A DNA stretch of 64,000 bases from Sphingobacterium sp. (GCA_045629405.1 JAZQRD010000118.1:158-64157), one strand, 5' to 3'. Positions 8,589-19,348 are shown, counted from the stretch's first letter. Notes: a model not told the origin generated them from the letters alone. Translations and numbers: made by a program.

Positions 8589-9896
8589 ATGGATAATAAA
8601 GATATTATAAAAGATATAATCAAGAAATTAAGAGATGATAATTCACGTCCTTATAAACAAGGCGCATGGGAAAATTATAAACAAAAATATGATCAACCAT
8701 CGAAATTTAAACCTATAAGACCTTGGATTAAATGGACATCCACTGCGGCAGCGCTAGTCATAATTGGCTTTGGTATGACACAGTTATGGAATAAAGATGC
8801 AAGTAATAAGGTTGATATTTTAGTTGAAAATACACAAGATAACCCATTAAGAAGTAATTCTCCTTCTGATGATGCGTCCGTTAACAATTTAGGTACTGAT
8901 TATAGCTCTAAAAATGAAATTATTTTGTCAGCGATTCAGAATAAAAATTTTGTAGAGGATAGAGTAGAATTAAAAGTATTAAATAATTCTGCATCTGCAT
9001 TAAACGCATTGTACAATTCTATTACTATACCAAATATCGAATTCAAGGAAATTCCATTAATTGAATCATTAAATCTAAAAAAACAAATAGAAGATAATCT
9101 GCCAAACGCAGTTCATGTAGGTCAACAAATCGTTAAAAATGAAGGTGTTTTAGCTAATCAGGCTATAGAAAATCAAACTAGTAAGGTTGACGATTTAAAT
9201 ACATCTTCTGCAAAGCAGTTTTCATTAAATAATAAAGTTAATTTATCGCTATTTGTATCGCCATTTGCTACTAACGATAAATTAAATGTTGGTGGGGGAC
9301 TTGCTGTAGCTTATAAATTAAATAATAAATTAGCTTTACGTACTGGCGCATCCTATAATAGCTATGAAGTCGGGGTGTTGAAAAACCCCATGGATCCTGC
9401 TCAAGCGGAAGTTGTACACACTGATCATAACATGAGCATTCAACAATCTGAAATGGCAAATGTCTCTACGCTTAATAATAGAATGATTCTGCCAAACATT
9501 AACGCAGTGAATGGGGTAGTACAGACTATCGAGATTCCACTGGAACTGCAAGTAAATTTGAATAAAACTTTTTACGCATCAGCAGGAGCTTCATACTCAG
9601 CTATAATCAATCAGCGTAGGGAAGCAAAGTATATTGAACAGGTCTCTTCTAATGCAATACCTTTCTCAAAAGCTGCAACGGTACAAGCTATTACAAAGAC
9701 TATTAACTCAGCTGAAAATAACGTAAATACTAATGGTTTTAGCGGTTTTGTAAATATTTCTTTAGGTAAGAAAGTTAATGTTAGAAATGGAGTTAATCTG
9801 GCAATAGAACCGTATTTGAAAGTTCCAGTAGGTCAATACAGAAGAGCTGATATGGATTACACAAATGGAGGAATTCGTATAATGACCAATTTTTAA
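8589..9896 (+). CDS. Putative anti-sigma factor: N-terminal domain, TM helix, low-complexity tether, C-terminal beta-barrel
   Basis: Starts 4 bp after the ECF gene; TM at about aa 49-67; N/S-rich linker; alternating beta-strand pattern (IEIPLELQVNL, LAIEPYLKVPV); terminal Phe. Confidence 0.7.
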   Translation: MDNKDIIKDIIKKLRDDNSRPYKQGAWENYKQKYDQPSKFKPIRPWIKWTSTAAALVIIGFGMTQLWNKDASNKVDILVENTQDNPLRSNSPSDDASVNNLGTDYSSKNEIILSAIQNKNFVEDRVELKVLNNSASALNALYNSITIPNIEFKEIPLIESLNLKKQIEDNLPNAVHVGQQIVKNEGVLANQAIENQTSKVDDLNTSSAKQFSLNNKVNLSLFVSPFATNDKLNVGGGLAVAYKLNNKLALRTGASYNSYEVGVLKNPMDPAQAEVVHTDHNMSIQQSEMANVSTLNNRMILPNINAVNGVVQTIEIPLELQVNLNKTFYASAGASYSAIINQRREAKYIEQVSSNAIPFSKAATVQAITKTINSAENNVNTNGFSGFVNISLGKKVNVRNGVNLAIEPYLKVPVGQYRRADMDYTNGGIRIMTNF

Positions 9897-9959
9897 TGCA
9901 TATTCGACCGATATTCACTCTATGCTAAAAGCAATCGAATATGTATTTTGAAGCATATA

Positions 9960-10571
9960 CTATAGCTGATCAATTCTCACCCAGCTCATACCAGCTGCAA
10001 TTGCACCTTGTACTCCAGGATCACCATCTTCAAACACTAAACAATCTTGGGGATTAACATTTAGTTGCTGAGCGCAGAGTAAAAAAGCATCAGGTGCGGG
10101 CTTTCCTTTTTCTGTATCACCTGCACAAACCATAGCTTGATATTTCCCATTTACATCAATAACTTCAAGCGTGATTTTTAAAGTTGAACGAGAACCACCC
10201 GAGACAATACCAATTTTCTTTAAACCGACATGATCTTCTAATATCTGACGAACATAATCAATAGGTTGTGTATGTTGAATGAATCGGTCTATAAAAATAG
10301 CAGACTTACGTTTCGAAAAAGCAATGACATCAAATACGGTATTGTATCTTTTGCAGATCTCTTCTGCGACAGCGACTGTAGGCCATCCTGCAGTTTCATC
10401 AATCAGGTCTGCATCCAGCGCTATGCCGTATTCTTTTGATACGGCTACATAGGCAGCTTTGTGTGCGTCGATGTTGTTTGCTAAAGTCCCATCTACATCG
10501 AATATAAGCGCCTCATATGGTGCAGATAATTCTTTTAATTGCAGATATTTTAATTTATTTCCAGGTGTCAT
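9960..10571 (-). CDS. HAD-superfamily phosphatase (beta-PGM/YqaB-like)
   Basis: FDVDGTL, GKPAPD and VFEDG motifs. Confidence 0.9.
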   Translation of the reverse strand: MTPGNKLKYLQLKELSAPYEALIFDVDGTLANNIDAHKAAYVAVSKEYGIALDADLIDETAGWPTVAVAEEICKRYNTVFDVIAFSKRKSAIFIDRFIQHTQPIDYVRQILEDHVGLKKIGIVSGGSRSTLKITLEVIDVNGKYQAMVCAGDTEKGKPAPDAFLLCAQQLNVNPQDCLVFEDGDPGVQGAIAAGMSWVRIDQL

Positions 10572-10588
10572 ATAGTTCAATAATGAAT

Positions 10589-10628
10589 AAAAAACAATAA
10601 GGAGGCATACGCCTCCTTATTGTTTTTT
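10589..10628. terminator. Terminator after proline dehydrogenase
   Basis: AAAAAACAATAAGGAGGC-ATAC-GCCTCCTTATTGTTTTTT. Confidence 0.85.
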
Positions 10629-11820
10629 ATTTCGCAGCTTTTCTACGTTGTTTTTCTTTAATGATCAAACTCAGTTCACGTCCTGTCTGACCAGCAGCAG
10701 ATGTGTTCTCTTGAGCACGTCTAAATAAATAAGGCATAACAGATTTTACTGGACCGTAGGGCATATACTTAGCGACATTATAATTCGCTGCACCAAGGTT
10801 GAATGATAAATTATCTGACATACCTAACAATTGCGCAAAGAATACGTGTGTGTGATTTGCTGGGATACCACGCTTCTGCATTTCGTTAGCTAATAATAAG
10901 CAACTATTATCATTATGCGTACCCGCCATCAAGCCAATCTTTTCAATATTATCAAGACAGAACATAATTGCAGCATTATAATCTACATCACTAGACTGTT
11001 TATCAGGTTGTATAGGTGATTGATATCCCATTTGATGGGCGCGCTCTCTTTCTATCTCCATATATGCCCCACGTACAACTTTAGCACCTAGGAAAAAGTT
11101 TTGAGTTTGGGCATACGCAAAGTCAGCTTTAAGTGAAGCTAATTTATCATGTCTATATAATTGATACGTATTATATACAATAGGTTGTTCTTTATTGTAT
11201 TTTTCCATCATGTTTCGCGCTATATCATCGATGGTTTCTTGAACCCATGAATGTTCGGCATCGATTAACACACGAATACCAGCTTCGTGACAAGCTTTGC
11301 ATATACGGTCGCAACGATCTAATAAACGCTCAAACTCTTGTTGCTCCGCACTTGTCAAAGATTCTTTAGCGTCAACTTTGGCTAATAAATCAAATCTTCC
11401 AACACCAGTAGGCTTAAACACACAAAATGAGATCAATTTATTTGCTTTAGCATATGCTACTGTAGCAAGTACTTCTTCACAACAAGCATCGAAGCTTTCT
11501 TCGGACTCTTCACCTTCTACCGAGTAATCTAGGATAGTCGTTACATTACCTTTACCCAATTCTGCGATAGCCGTCTTACAACCTTGTATAGTTTCTCCAC
11601 CACAGAACTGTTTGTAAATAGTATTACGTATGATACCTTGTATTGGCAAGCCAATATTTAAGGAGAAATTGGTGATTGGTGTCCCTATCTTTATAAGTGT
11701 ACTAGAGGCTACCATTTTAAATAACCAATATGCTCTCTCCAGATCACTATCGGATTTATAACGGAAAGCAATTTCCGTGTTTTCAAAATTTAGTACTGTA
11801 TGATTAACTGCCATTGTCAT
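10627..11820 (-). CDS. Proline dehydrogenase (monofunctional)
   Basis: QFCGGE, LIDAE, KVVRGAY, GTHN, QLLGMSD, KYMPYG and YLFRRAQEN motifs. Confidence 0.93.
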   Translation of the reverse strand: MTMAVNHTVLNFENTEIAFRYKSDSDLERAYWLFKMVASSTLIKIGTPITNFSLNIGLPIQGIIRNTIYKQFCGGETIQGCKTAIAELGKGNVTTILDYSVEGEESEESFDACCEEVLATVAYAKANKLISFCVFKPTGVGRFDLLAKVDAKESLTSAEQQEFERLLDRCDRICKACHEAGIRVLIDAEHSWVQETIDDIARNMMEKYNKEQPIVYNTYQLYRHDKLASLKADFAYAQTQNFFLGAKVVRGAYMEIERERAHQMGYQSPIQPDKQSSDVDYNAAIMFCLDNIEKIGLMAGTHNDNSCLLLANEMQKRGIPANHTHVFFAQLLGMSDNLSFNLGAANYNVAKYMPYGPVKSVMPYLFRRAQENTSAAGQTGRELSLIIKEKQRRKAAK

Positions 11821-11919
11821 CCTTGATTTTACATACCAAATTTACTGTTTCGTAAATATAATTTGCATTAAATTCAACATAATGGACAAAATTCGTTTAT
11901 TTTTGGCTTATTTTTGTTT

Positions 11920-12126
11920 ATGCAGACATTTACTTTAGAGGGGGAATTCATCCCAATGATTCAATTATTAAAAGCTCTTAATTGGGTAGAGCACGGTGGT
12001 ATGGCACAACGTATGGTAGACGAAGGGCTTGTAAAATACAATGGTGAAGTAGACTTTCGTAAACGTCTGAAAGTACGTAAAGGCGATATAGTTGAATTCG
12101 AGGGAATGAAAGTTCAAATCGTTTAA
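11920..12126 (+). CDS. S4-domain RNA-binding protein (YbcJ/YaaA-like)
   Basis: FIPMIQLLKA...HGG...VKYNGEVDFRKRLKV; ATG at 11920. Confidence 0.88.
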   Translation: MQTFTLEGEFIPMIQLLKALNWVEHGGMAQRMVDEGLVKYNGEVDFRKRLKVRKGDIVEFEGMKVQIV

Positions 12127-12167
12127 TTTTGTTATATTTAGCATCTTAAATACTAGTATCATATTAT

Positions 12168-13232
12168 ATGCAAGCAATAGATAGCTTAGGCTACAAAGTT
12201 TATTTTGAAGAGGATTTAGATTCTTTGACTTCATTTATTGAAGAAAAAGGATATTCACAAGTACTAATATTAGTTGATCGTAATACAAACGATCATTGTT
12301 TACCAGTTTTACAAGCCGCTGTACCTGATTTAATTCACTACGATATAATAGAAGTAGATCCTGGTGAGGAAAATAAAAATATTGATTATTGCATAGGTGT
12401 ATGGAAAACCATGTTGGACTTCGGTGCAGATAGAAAGGCGCTCATGATCAATCTTGGTGGAGGTGTCATCACGGACATGGGAGGCTTTGCAGCTTCAACG
12501 TACAAGAGGGGAATTGACTTTATTAATATTCCAACGACATTATTATCACAAGTTGACGCATCAGTTGGCGGCAAAACGGGAATTGATATGGACAATATCA
12601 AGAATATCATAGGAACGTTCGCACAACCACAGGCTGTTTTTATAAGTTCAAAATTCCTTCAAACCTTAGATGAAAGACAAATAATTTCAGGTTTAGCAGA
12701 AATTATAAAACATGGATTGATCCAAGATAATGAATTATATAATAATTGCAAGACACATGGTTCTCAAGCAGTCGATATATCATTAGTACATCGTTCAGTA
12801 GCTATTAAGAATAATATTATCACGCAAGATCCTAAGGAACAAAGTGTTCGAAAAATATTGAACTTTGGACATACTATTGGTCATGCAATTGAGGGTGTAT
12901 CACTTATAAATGATAAGGACCCTCTTTTACATGGAGAGGCAATTGCTATAGGTATGATTTGTGAAGCTTGGTTATCTGTAAAATACACGGGTTTAACTGA
13001 GGTAGAACTTGAAGATATTACGAGTACATTTCTAAATATATATCCAGTTTATCCTTATACAACTGCACATTATCCAGCTTTCATGGAACTCATGAAAAAT
13101 GATAAGAAAAATGAAAATAGCAAAATTGGTTTTGCATTATTAAACAGGATTGGTGACTGCACATATAATATTTATGTTAGTGAAGAAGATATTTGTGGTG
13201 CATTAGATTACTATCGTTCACTTATTAATTAA
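12168..13232 (+). CDS. aroB: 3-dehydroquinate synthase
   Basis: GGGVITDMGGF, PTTLLSQVDASVGGKTG, LNFGHTIGHAIE and HGEA motifs. Confidence 0.97.
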   Translation: MQAIDSLGYKVYFEEDLDSLTSFIEEKGYSQVLILVDRNTNDHCLPVLQAAVPDLIHYDIIEVDPGEENKNIDYCIGVWKTMLDFGADRKALMINLGGGVITDMGGFAASTYKRGIDFINIPTTLLSQVDASVGGKTGIDMDNIKNIIGTFAQPQAVFISSKFLQTLDERQIISGLAEIIKHGLIQDNELYNNCKTHGSQAVDISLVHRSVAIKNNIITQDPKEQSVRKILNFGHTIGHAIEGVSLINDKDPLLHGEAIAIGMICEAWLSVKYTGLTEVELEDITSTFLNIYPVYPYTTAHYPAFMELMKNDKKNENSKIGFALLNRIGDCTYNIYVSEEDICGALDYYRSLIN

Positions 13233-13242
13233 TTGGTTAGTT

Positions 13243-13959
13243 ATGATTCGTCTTACCATACTATTATGTTTGATTAATTTTTTGCCTGCCTTTTTGGTAG
13301 CACAGCAACAATCAGTATTAGTATTCAGTAAGACTGCGGGGTTTAGGCACGGAAATATTCCTACTGGAGTTGATACGCTTAAAAGTTTGTTAAAGTCTGT
13401 CGGTCTGGATGTCAAACATACAGAGGATGCAAATTTCTTCAATAATGACACATTATCAACGTTTGATGCTGTTGTATTTTTAAGCACCACAGGCGATATA
13501 TTTGATGAAAATCAGAAGAAAGCATTCAAAAAATTCATACAAAATGGTGGTGGATACATAGGTATACATGCTGCTTCAGACACCGAGCACAATTGGCCTT
13601 GGTATGGGGAATTAGTCGGAGGATATTTCGCAAGTCATCCAGCTGTTCAAGATGCCAAATTAAAAATTAAAAACAAAAAGCACTTAGCGACCAAACACCT
13701 TCCATCTATTTGGATACATAGGGATGAGTGGTATGATTTTAGAAATATCAAACCTGGATTAAATATTTTAATGGAATTGGATGAAGTATCGTATGAAGGA
13801 GGGAAGATGGGTAAGTTTCATCCAATATCCTGGTTCCAGGAATATGATGGAGGCAAATCATTCTATACTGGATTGGGCCATACTCATGAATCATTCGCAT
13901 CTGATAACTTTAAAAAACATCTACTTGGGGGTATTCTCTATGTATTAGGTCAGCATTAA
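13243..13959 (+). CDS. ThuA-domain protein
   Basis: VLVFSKTAGFRH, GIHAASD, DEWY and FYTGLGH motifs; signal peptide. Confidence 0.9.
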   Translation: MIRLTILLCLINFLPAFLVAQQQSVLVFSKTAGFRHGNIPTGVDTLKSLLKSVGLDVKHTEDANFFNNDTLSTFDAVVFLSTTGDIFDENQKKAFKKFIQNGGGYIGIHAASDTEHNWPWYGELVGGYFASHPAVQDAKLKIKNKKHLATKHLPSIWIHRDEWYDFRNIKPGLNILMELDEVSYEGGKMGKFHPISWFQEYDGGKSFYTGLGHTHESFASDNFKKHLLGGILYVLGQH

Positions 13960-13973
13960 TCTTAATATTTTTA

Positions 13974-14381
13974 ATGAAAAAAATTAGAATTGCTTCTGCT
14001 ATTATTACAAATAGCAACAAAGATTTATTAGTAGTTCGAAAGCATAATTCATCATTCTACATGCTGCCTGGAGGTAAGATAGCGGCAGACGAAACATTCG
14101 AAGATACCCTTATTCGTGAACTTAAAGAAGAACTTGCGCTTGATCTGGACGCAAAGGATTTTAGATTCTTAGGAACACACGAAACGCGTGCAGCTAATGA
14201 AGCAGACACTATTGTGCAAGGAAATATATTTCATTTTAACGAGCCTCTGGATACTCATGTAACGCATCATGCAGAGCTTGCTGAAGTAGTATGGATTACA
14301 AAAGAAAATTATACTGATTATCAATTAGCACATCTTCTAAAAGAATTTGCACTTCCTACATGGTTAGCTGACTTTAAATAA
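13974..14381 (+). CDS. NUDIX hydrolase
   Basis: Nudix box PGGKIAADETFEDTLIRELKEEL. Confidence 0.92.
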   Translation: MKKIRIASAIITNSNKDLLVVRKHNSSFYMLPGGKIAADETFEDTLIRELKEELALDLDAKDFRFLGTHETRAANEADTIVQGNIFHFNEPLDTHVTHHAELAEVVWITKENYTDYQLAHLLKEFALPTWLADFK

Positions 14382-14386
14382 TTCAG

Positions 14387-15235
14387 CTAACCATGTTCAT
14401 ACAACGGACTATTCACAAGTTCACGCGCTTCCATCAACACCGCTTCGATTTTATTTTCAGCTAGTCGCACTGTATTCGTAAGGCAAGTTGGCTTACGCAA
14501 TATGTCTTTAACCAAAATGAATTGTGCTTTTAGTAATTGTGCTTTATCATGCGCATCTATTGTAGTGAGGCAAGTTATTGGATATTCACCATTATTATCT
14601 ACACGTACTTTAATACTGTTATCTGCAGGATAATCCCACGAAAGTAAATTTAGTTTGTAGTATTCCCCAAACTTTTTAGAGTCCGCTGTTAAATAAGCAT
14701 TGGTTACAAGCCATCCTTGCGTTACTTCAAGTGTCTTATTAAACAACGTATATGGCATATTTGAAATATCTGTGAGCCTTGATCGGAAATACATTGGCGT
14801 AGTAACTGATATCTTCGCGTCTATGTCGTTTCTAAATTTGCATTCAATAGCCAATAGTTCATTATCTTTTGTTGCTATTACATCTATTTCATGAGATACC
14901 GCATGCCCCTTTAATGTTGTACCAGTTTGTGCTTCGTAACCATCATCTTGAAATAATCTCGCAATCCACTTTTCAAAATAAAATCCTTCAGGTCCCAAAT
15001 CGCGTAGGGCTTTCTTCAAACTATATCTAGCTGCGTAAGTATTACGCAATTCCTTTAATTTATTAAATGCAAGTTCATATAGCTCTCTTGTACTAATGCC
15101 GTCATACAATGATGGCTTGATCTTGTCATAGACAAGATCCACTTCAATGCTACTAGCGCCAGATCTTGAGAGCGAATGTATGAGACTATTCAAATTGAAA
15201 GGTACTAAATCACCTGAGTGCTTTTTTACTTGCAT
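14387..15235 (-). CDS. ATP-cone domain + Mrr-like PD-(D/E)XK endonuclease domain protein
   Basis: N-terminal VKKHSGDLVPFN...ISTREL (ATP cone); FEKWIA...HEIDVIA...IECK...LVTN (Mrr_cat-like). Confidence 0.85.
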   Translation of the reverse strand: MQVKKHSGDLVPFNLNSLIHSLSRSGASSIEVDLVYDKIKPSLYDGISTRELYELAFNKLKELRNTYAARYSLKKALRDLGPEGFYFEKWIARLFQDDGYEAQTGTTLKGHAVSHEIDVIATKDNELLAIECKFRNDIDAKISVTTPMYFRSRLTDISNMPYTLFNKTLEVTQGWLVTNAYLTADSKKFGEYYKLNLLSWDYPADNSIKVRVDNNGEYPITCLTTIDAHDKAQLLKAQFILVKDILRKPTCLTNTVRLAENKIEAVLMEARELVNSPLYEHG

Positions 15236-15349
15236 ATATCTATTCTAATTGGTAATTGAAGATAGTATTTTAAGCTGTCGTCTACAAATATATCCTTCAA
15301 ATAAAACAATTTTTAAAGATCAATTGTTATCTAAATAAAAAAGGAATAT

Positions 15350-15649
15350 ATGAATACTATCGTGAATTATGCATTAAATAAAGTTCAGGAAAAGATACAG
15401 GAATCTTGTGAAACAGGGAATGTAGGAACCTCAGAACGAATTTTATCAGTAATAGCTGGTGGTTTTATTTTAGGATTAGGAGCAAAGAGGCTTTTAAAAA
15501 GTCCAATAACGGCGCTAACTGGTATTACATTGGGCGGTGGATTAGTTATGCGTGGTATTACAGGTAATTGCCCAGTCAAGGAAACTTTAGATGACATGAC
15601 AAAGGACGAATCTGTAACAGTTATTGAACATCGATACTTTGTTAAATAG
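15350..15649 (+). CDS. DUF2892/YgaP-like small membrane protein
   Basis: NVGTSERILS and RGITGNCP motifs. Confidence 0.85.
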   Translation: MNTIVNYALNKVQEKIQESCETGNVGTSERILSVIAGGFILGLGAKRLLKSPITALTGITLGGGLVMRGITGNCPVKETLDDMTKDESVTVIEHRYFVK

Positions 15650-15676
15650 GTCTATATTTAGGTTGTTATATGTTTT

Positions 15677-15715
15677 AAAAACCGAACAATTGTTATAAAA
15701 TTGTTCGGTTTTTTT
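15677..15715 (+). terminator. Intrinsic terminator
   Basis: AAAAACCGAACAATT...AATTGTTCGGTTTTTTT. Confidence 0.85.
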
Positions 15716-16092
15716 ATGGCAAAATATGTTTACAATTAAATATATTGAATAATTAAATAACAAAAAGATTTATGAATATGTATATAATCTAAAATTGAAT
15801 TGATATAGCAACTATTAGGTCTACCCATGAAAAACACCAATTATATTCTATGAATCTCACTAATCAATTAAGTGAATTTGCCGACAAATTATTCACAAAA
15901 TAAAATTTGGGTCTGTTTATAATACTTTATATAATAGCTCGTTATATAGATTATAGATTGATTTTTGTTTAAGTAAATAGCTTATTCTTTCAAAATATGG
16001 CTATTTTCCTACCAAACAATATTTCGTTATAAAATGTAATTTCACTATATCCTTATTTGCAATACTTTACATTATTTATGTAAATAAGAAGT

Positions 16093-16338
16093 TTAGTTAT
16101 ATTTATTGTATACCTCTATAAAATCGGCACGCATAGTAACAAAACTTTTCAATACCTTATGAATGAACTCTTCATCCAATATTTCAAAAACACCATTCAC
16201 TCCATCCACTACATCTGTCTCTGCAAGCTTGTATGACTGCTCTAAATTTCCTTGTTCAAATTTTATGATAAACTTTTGGTTCATACCAAATATTGTAATT
16301 TTGCAGTCTGGATGAGGCAATTCTGCTAGTACTCTCAT
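16093..16338 (-). CDS. Small hypothetical protein
   Basis: MRVLAELPHPDCKITIFGMNQKFIIKFEQGNLEQSYK, which resembles a small Bacteroidota family (recalled, not searched). Confidence 0.8.
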   Translation of the reverse strand: MRVLAELPHPDCKITIFGMNQKFIIKFEQGNLEQSYKLAETDVVDGVNGVFEILDEEFIHKVLKSFVTMRADFIEVYNKYN

Positions 16339-16402
16339 ATTATTTTATTTTATGTATTTTGCGAATATACAACATTGCATATTCATGCCTATTATATATA
16401 CC

Positions 16403-16430
16403 AAAAAAGCTGAATAGTCATATTCAGCTT
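16403..16430 (-). terminator. gdhA terminator
   Basis: AAGCTGAATA-GTCA-TATTCAGCTT with an A-tract on the left. Confidence 0.8.
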
Positions 16431-16455
16431 GTTGTGTTTTTAATATTTTCCAGAT

Positions 16456-17787
16456 CTAAACTAGGCCTTGTGCTTTCATAGATTCAGCTACTTTAATGAA
16501 TCCTCCAATATTGGCACCTTTTAAGTAATTGATATAGCCACTCTCAGATTTACCATAGCGTACGCAAGTCTTATGGATATTCTGCATTATTGCCTTTAGT
16601 TTCGTATCTACCTTAGATTTTTGCCATTGTTCACCAATCCAGTTCTGAGACATTTCCAAACCAGATACTGCTACACCGCCAGCATTTGCTGCCTTTCCTG
16701 GAGCATATGATACTTTTGCTTCATGAAACACTTTAACTGCACCTAAAGTAGATGGCATATTTGCACCTTCAGCTATATATTGACACCCATTATTTACTAA
16801 AGCACGCGCATCATCTTCATTCAATTCATTCTGAGTAGCACATGGTAAAGCTATATCACATACCAAATTCCATGGCTTTTGACCATACAAAAATTCTGAT
16901 GAAGTATATGTTGAACAATATTGATCAATATTACGACCTAATGAACCTACATATCGTAATTTTTCTAACGTAAATCCATCCTTATCATATAGTGTACCTG
17001 AGCTATTTGAAAGAGTAATGACTTTGGCACCTAAAGTAATTGCTTTTTCAGCGGCATAATAGGCTACATTGCCCGCTCCAGATATACACACAGTCTTCCC
17101 ATCAAATTGTTCGTCCTTACTGATCAAAATACATTCTACGAAATATAGCAAACCATATCCTGTAGCTTCAGGACGAATATATGAGCCGCCCCATTGCACA
17201 CCTTTACCAGTTAATACACCAGTAAAATTATTTTGGATACGCTTATATTGACCATATAGATACCCGATCTCACGTGAACCAACACCTATATCTCCTGCTG
17301 GAACATCAGTATCAGCACCAATATGGCGATATAATTCTGTCATGAATGATTGACAAAATCTCATAATTTCATTATCAGATTTGCCCTTAGGATTAAAGTC
17401 AGAACCACCTTTACCTCCACCAATAGGTAGACTTGTAAGCGAATTTTTAAAAACTTGTTCGAATGCTAAAAATTTAAGGATACTTAGATTGACACTAGGT
17501 GCGAATCGCAATCCACCCTTATATGGTCCAATTGCACTGTTCATTTGCACACGAAAACCCTTATTCACTTGCACACAATTTTGATCATCCAACCATGTGA
17601 CACGGAATGAAATTACCCTCTCGGGCTCTATAATACGCTCTAAGATTTTCAGATCAATATAGTCTTGGTGATGCTCGTTGATATATGGTATTAAATCCTC
17701 GACAACTTCCTGTACCGCTTGTAGAAACTCAGGCTCATTGGGATTACGCTCCTCAACGTAATCAATAAAGTTTTTAAGATTTAGCAT
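16456..17787 (-). CDS. gdhA: NADP-specific glutamate dehydrogenase
   Basis: GPYKGGLRF, GGGKGGSDF, DVPAGDIGVG, RPEATGYG and EGANMP motifs. Confidence 0.97.
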   Translation of the reverse strand: MLNLKNFIDYVEERNPNEPEFLQAVQEVVEDLIPYINEHHQDYIDLKILERIIEPERVISFRVTWLDDQNCVQVNKGFRVQMNSAIGPYKGGLRFAPSVNLSILKFLAFEQVFKNSLTSLPIGGGKGGSDFNPKGKSDNEIMRFCQSFMTELYRHIGADTDVPAGDIGVGSREIGYLYGQYKRIQNNFTGVLTGKGVQWGGSYIRPEATGYGLLYFVECILISKDEQFDGKTVCISGAGNVAYYAAEKAITLGAKVITLSNSSGTLYDKDGFTLEKLRYVGSLGRNIDQYCSTYTSSEFLYGQKPWNLVCDIALPCATQNELNEDDARALVNNGCQYIAEGANMPSTLGAVKVFHEAKVSYAPGKAANAGGVAVSGLEMSQNWIGEQWQKSKVDTKLKAIMQNIHKTCVRYGKSESGYINYLKGANIGGFIKVAESMKAQGLV

Positions 17788-18454
17788 TGCTTATTGTAAA
17801 TATTATATTTCTAATTTTACAAATTTAACAAATACTTATAAAAAACACGTATTTGTTGATATTATTTCAATCATAAATTTTAAAAAACTTATTACAAATA
17901 TCAATTTCAGATTTAAGTAATTGATATATAGACGAAATATAATAATTTAAACATATAACTATGACTCCACACAAATAGATATCTGGCATTAGGAAAATAT
18001 AAAAGAAGGGAAGATTGATGAATTACACACGTTAAAATTAACTAACAATTATTTTGGATATATAACTTAACAAATGATTAAGAGGGATTAATAGTCAATG
18101 AATTATCTATTTAATCTAAATGTCTTAAGATAAACGCGAGTATTGTTGTATTAACAATTATTCAGGTCGAAAACTACAATTTAAAACTCATATTTTAAGA
18201 CAGTAGGAGATAAACAAACTTCTATGACACAATTGAATTTTTAGGTGGATAGGGTAGTAAATAATGAAATTCGGGAGTTAATTAATTGCATGCACAACCT
18301 ATATGTTGAGCGCAGAATAATTAAGCTCTTAAAACGGCTTATTTTAAGTTTTAATACTGCTAAAAAATATTCGAAATTAATAATGAAATGTGAGAGCTAT
18401 AATAAAAAATTAAAAGAAGGAGAGGGGGCTCGAAAAAAAAAATTGCAACAAAAC

Positions 18455-19348
18455 TTAGTTTGCCTTAGTTGGATCAAACGGCTCTATATGTACAAATACA
18501 TTACTAATATCAGGAATCTCCTCCATCAAATGATCTTTAAGTTGATGAGATATATCGTGCCCTTCTTTTACTGTTAATTCTGCATCTACTATTGCGTGCA
18601 AATCCACTAAAAATGACATACCAATTTTACGCACATAGCATTTTTCTGTAGCTAAAACACCATTTACCTCCATTGATTTGTCTTTCACTAAGATTACAAT
18701 ATCATTATAGAGATTTTCATCCATTATCTCTCCCAAAGCTGGTCTAAAAATTTTATAACAATTGTATAGAATAAATGCAGATGCAAAAAGAGCAGCTATG
18801 TCATCCATGTATTCATACCCTTTGCCCAAATATAATGACATCGATATCCCTATAAATGCCGCTACAGATGTAATTGCATCACTTCTATGATGCCATGCGT
18901 CAGCTTTTAATGACGAGCTATTCAATTCTTTTGCTTTTCTATTAACAACTTGGTATGATATCTCTTTCCAAATGATTATTCCAGCTAATATATATAAGGT
19001 CCAAGGCTCTGGAGCCTCATGAGGTTCATTTATATTAAGAAAACTCTGATAGGCTATAATTGTCGCAGAAATAACTAAAAATAATACTACGATGAAAGTA
19101 ATCAATGGCTCTATACGACCATGGCCATAAGGATGCGTTTCATCTGCAGGTCGTTCTGAATACTTGATCCCTAATAAAATTAAAATTGAAGAAAATACAT
19201 CAGAAGTTGATTCTATTGCATCAGCTATCAAGGCATAAGAATTACCAAAAAATCCAGCAAACCATTTTAATGCCGCTAAGCCTAAACTTCCTAGAATGCT
19301 GAAGTAGATTGTCTTCTTAGCAACGCTACCTTTTTCAATAGAACTCAT
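18455..19348 (-). CDS. Cation diffusion facilitator transporter (FieF-like)
   Basis: ALIADAIES, HPYGHGRIE, ADAWHHRSD and VFVHIEP motifs. Confidence 0.93.
   Translation of the reverse strand: MSSIEKGSVAKKTIYFSILGSLGLAALKWFAGFFGNSYALIADAIESTSDVFSSILILLGIKYSERPADETHPYGHGRIEPLITFIVVLFLVISATIIAYQSFLNINEPHEAPEPWTLYILAGIIIWKEISYQVVNRKAKELNSSSLKADAWHHRSDAITSVAAFIGISMSLYLGKGYEYMDDIAALFASAFILYNCYKIFRPALGEIMDENLYNDIVILVKDKSMEVNGVLATEKCYVRKIGMSFLVDLHAIVDAELTVKEGHDISHQLKDHLMEEIPDISNVFVHIEPFDPTKAN

Noticed and set aside
18245-18577. 110-aa + strand ORF
   Set aside because: Overlaps the CDF gene antisense, GTG start, no recognisable motif
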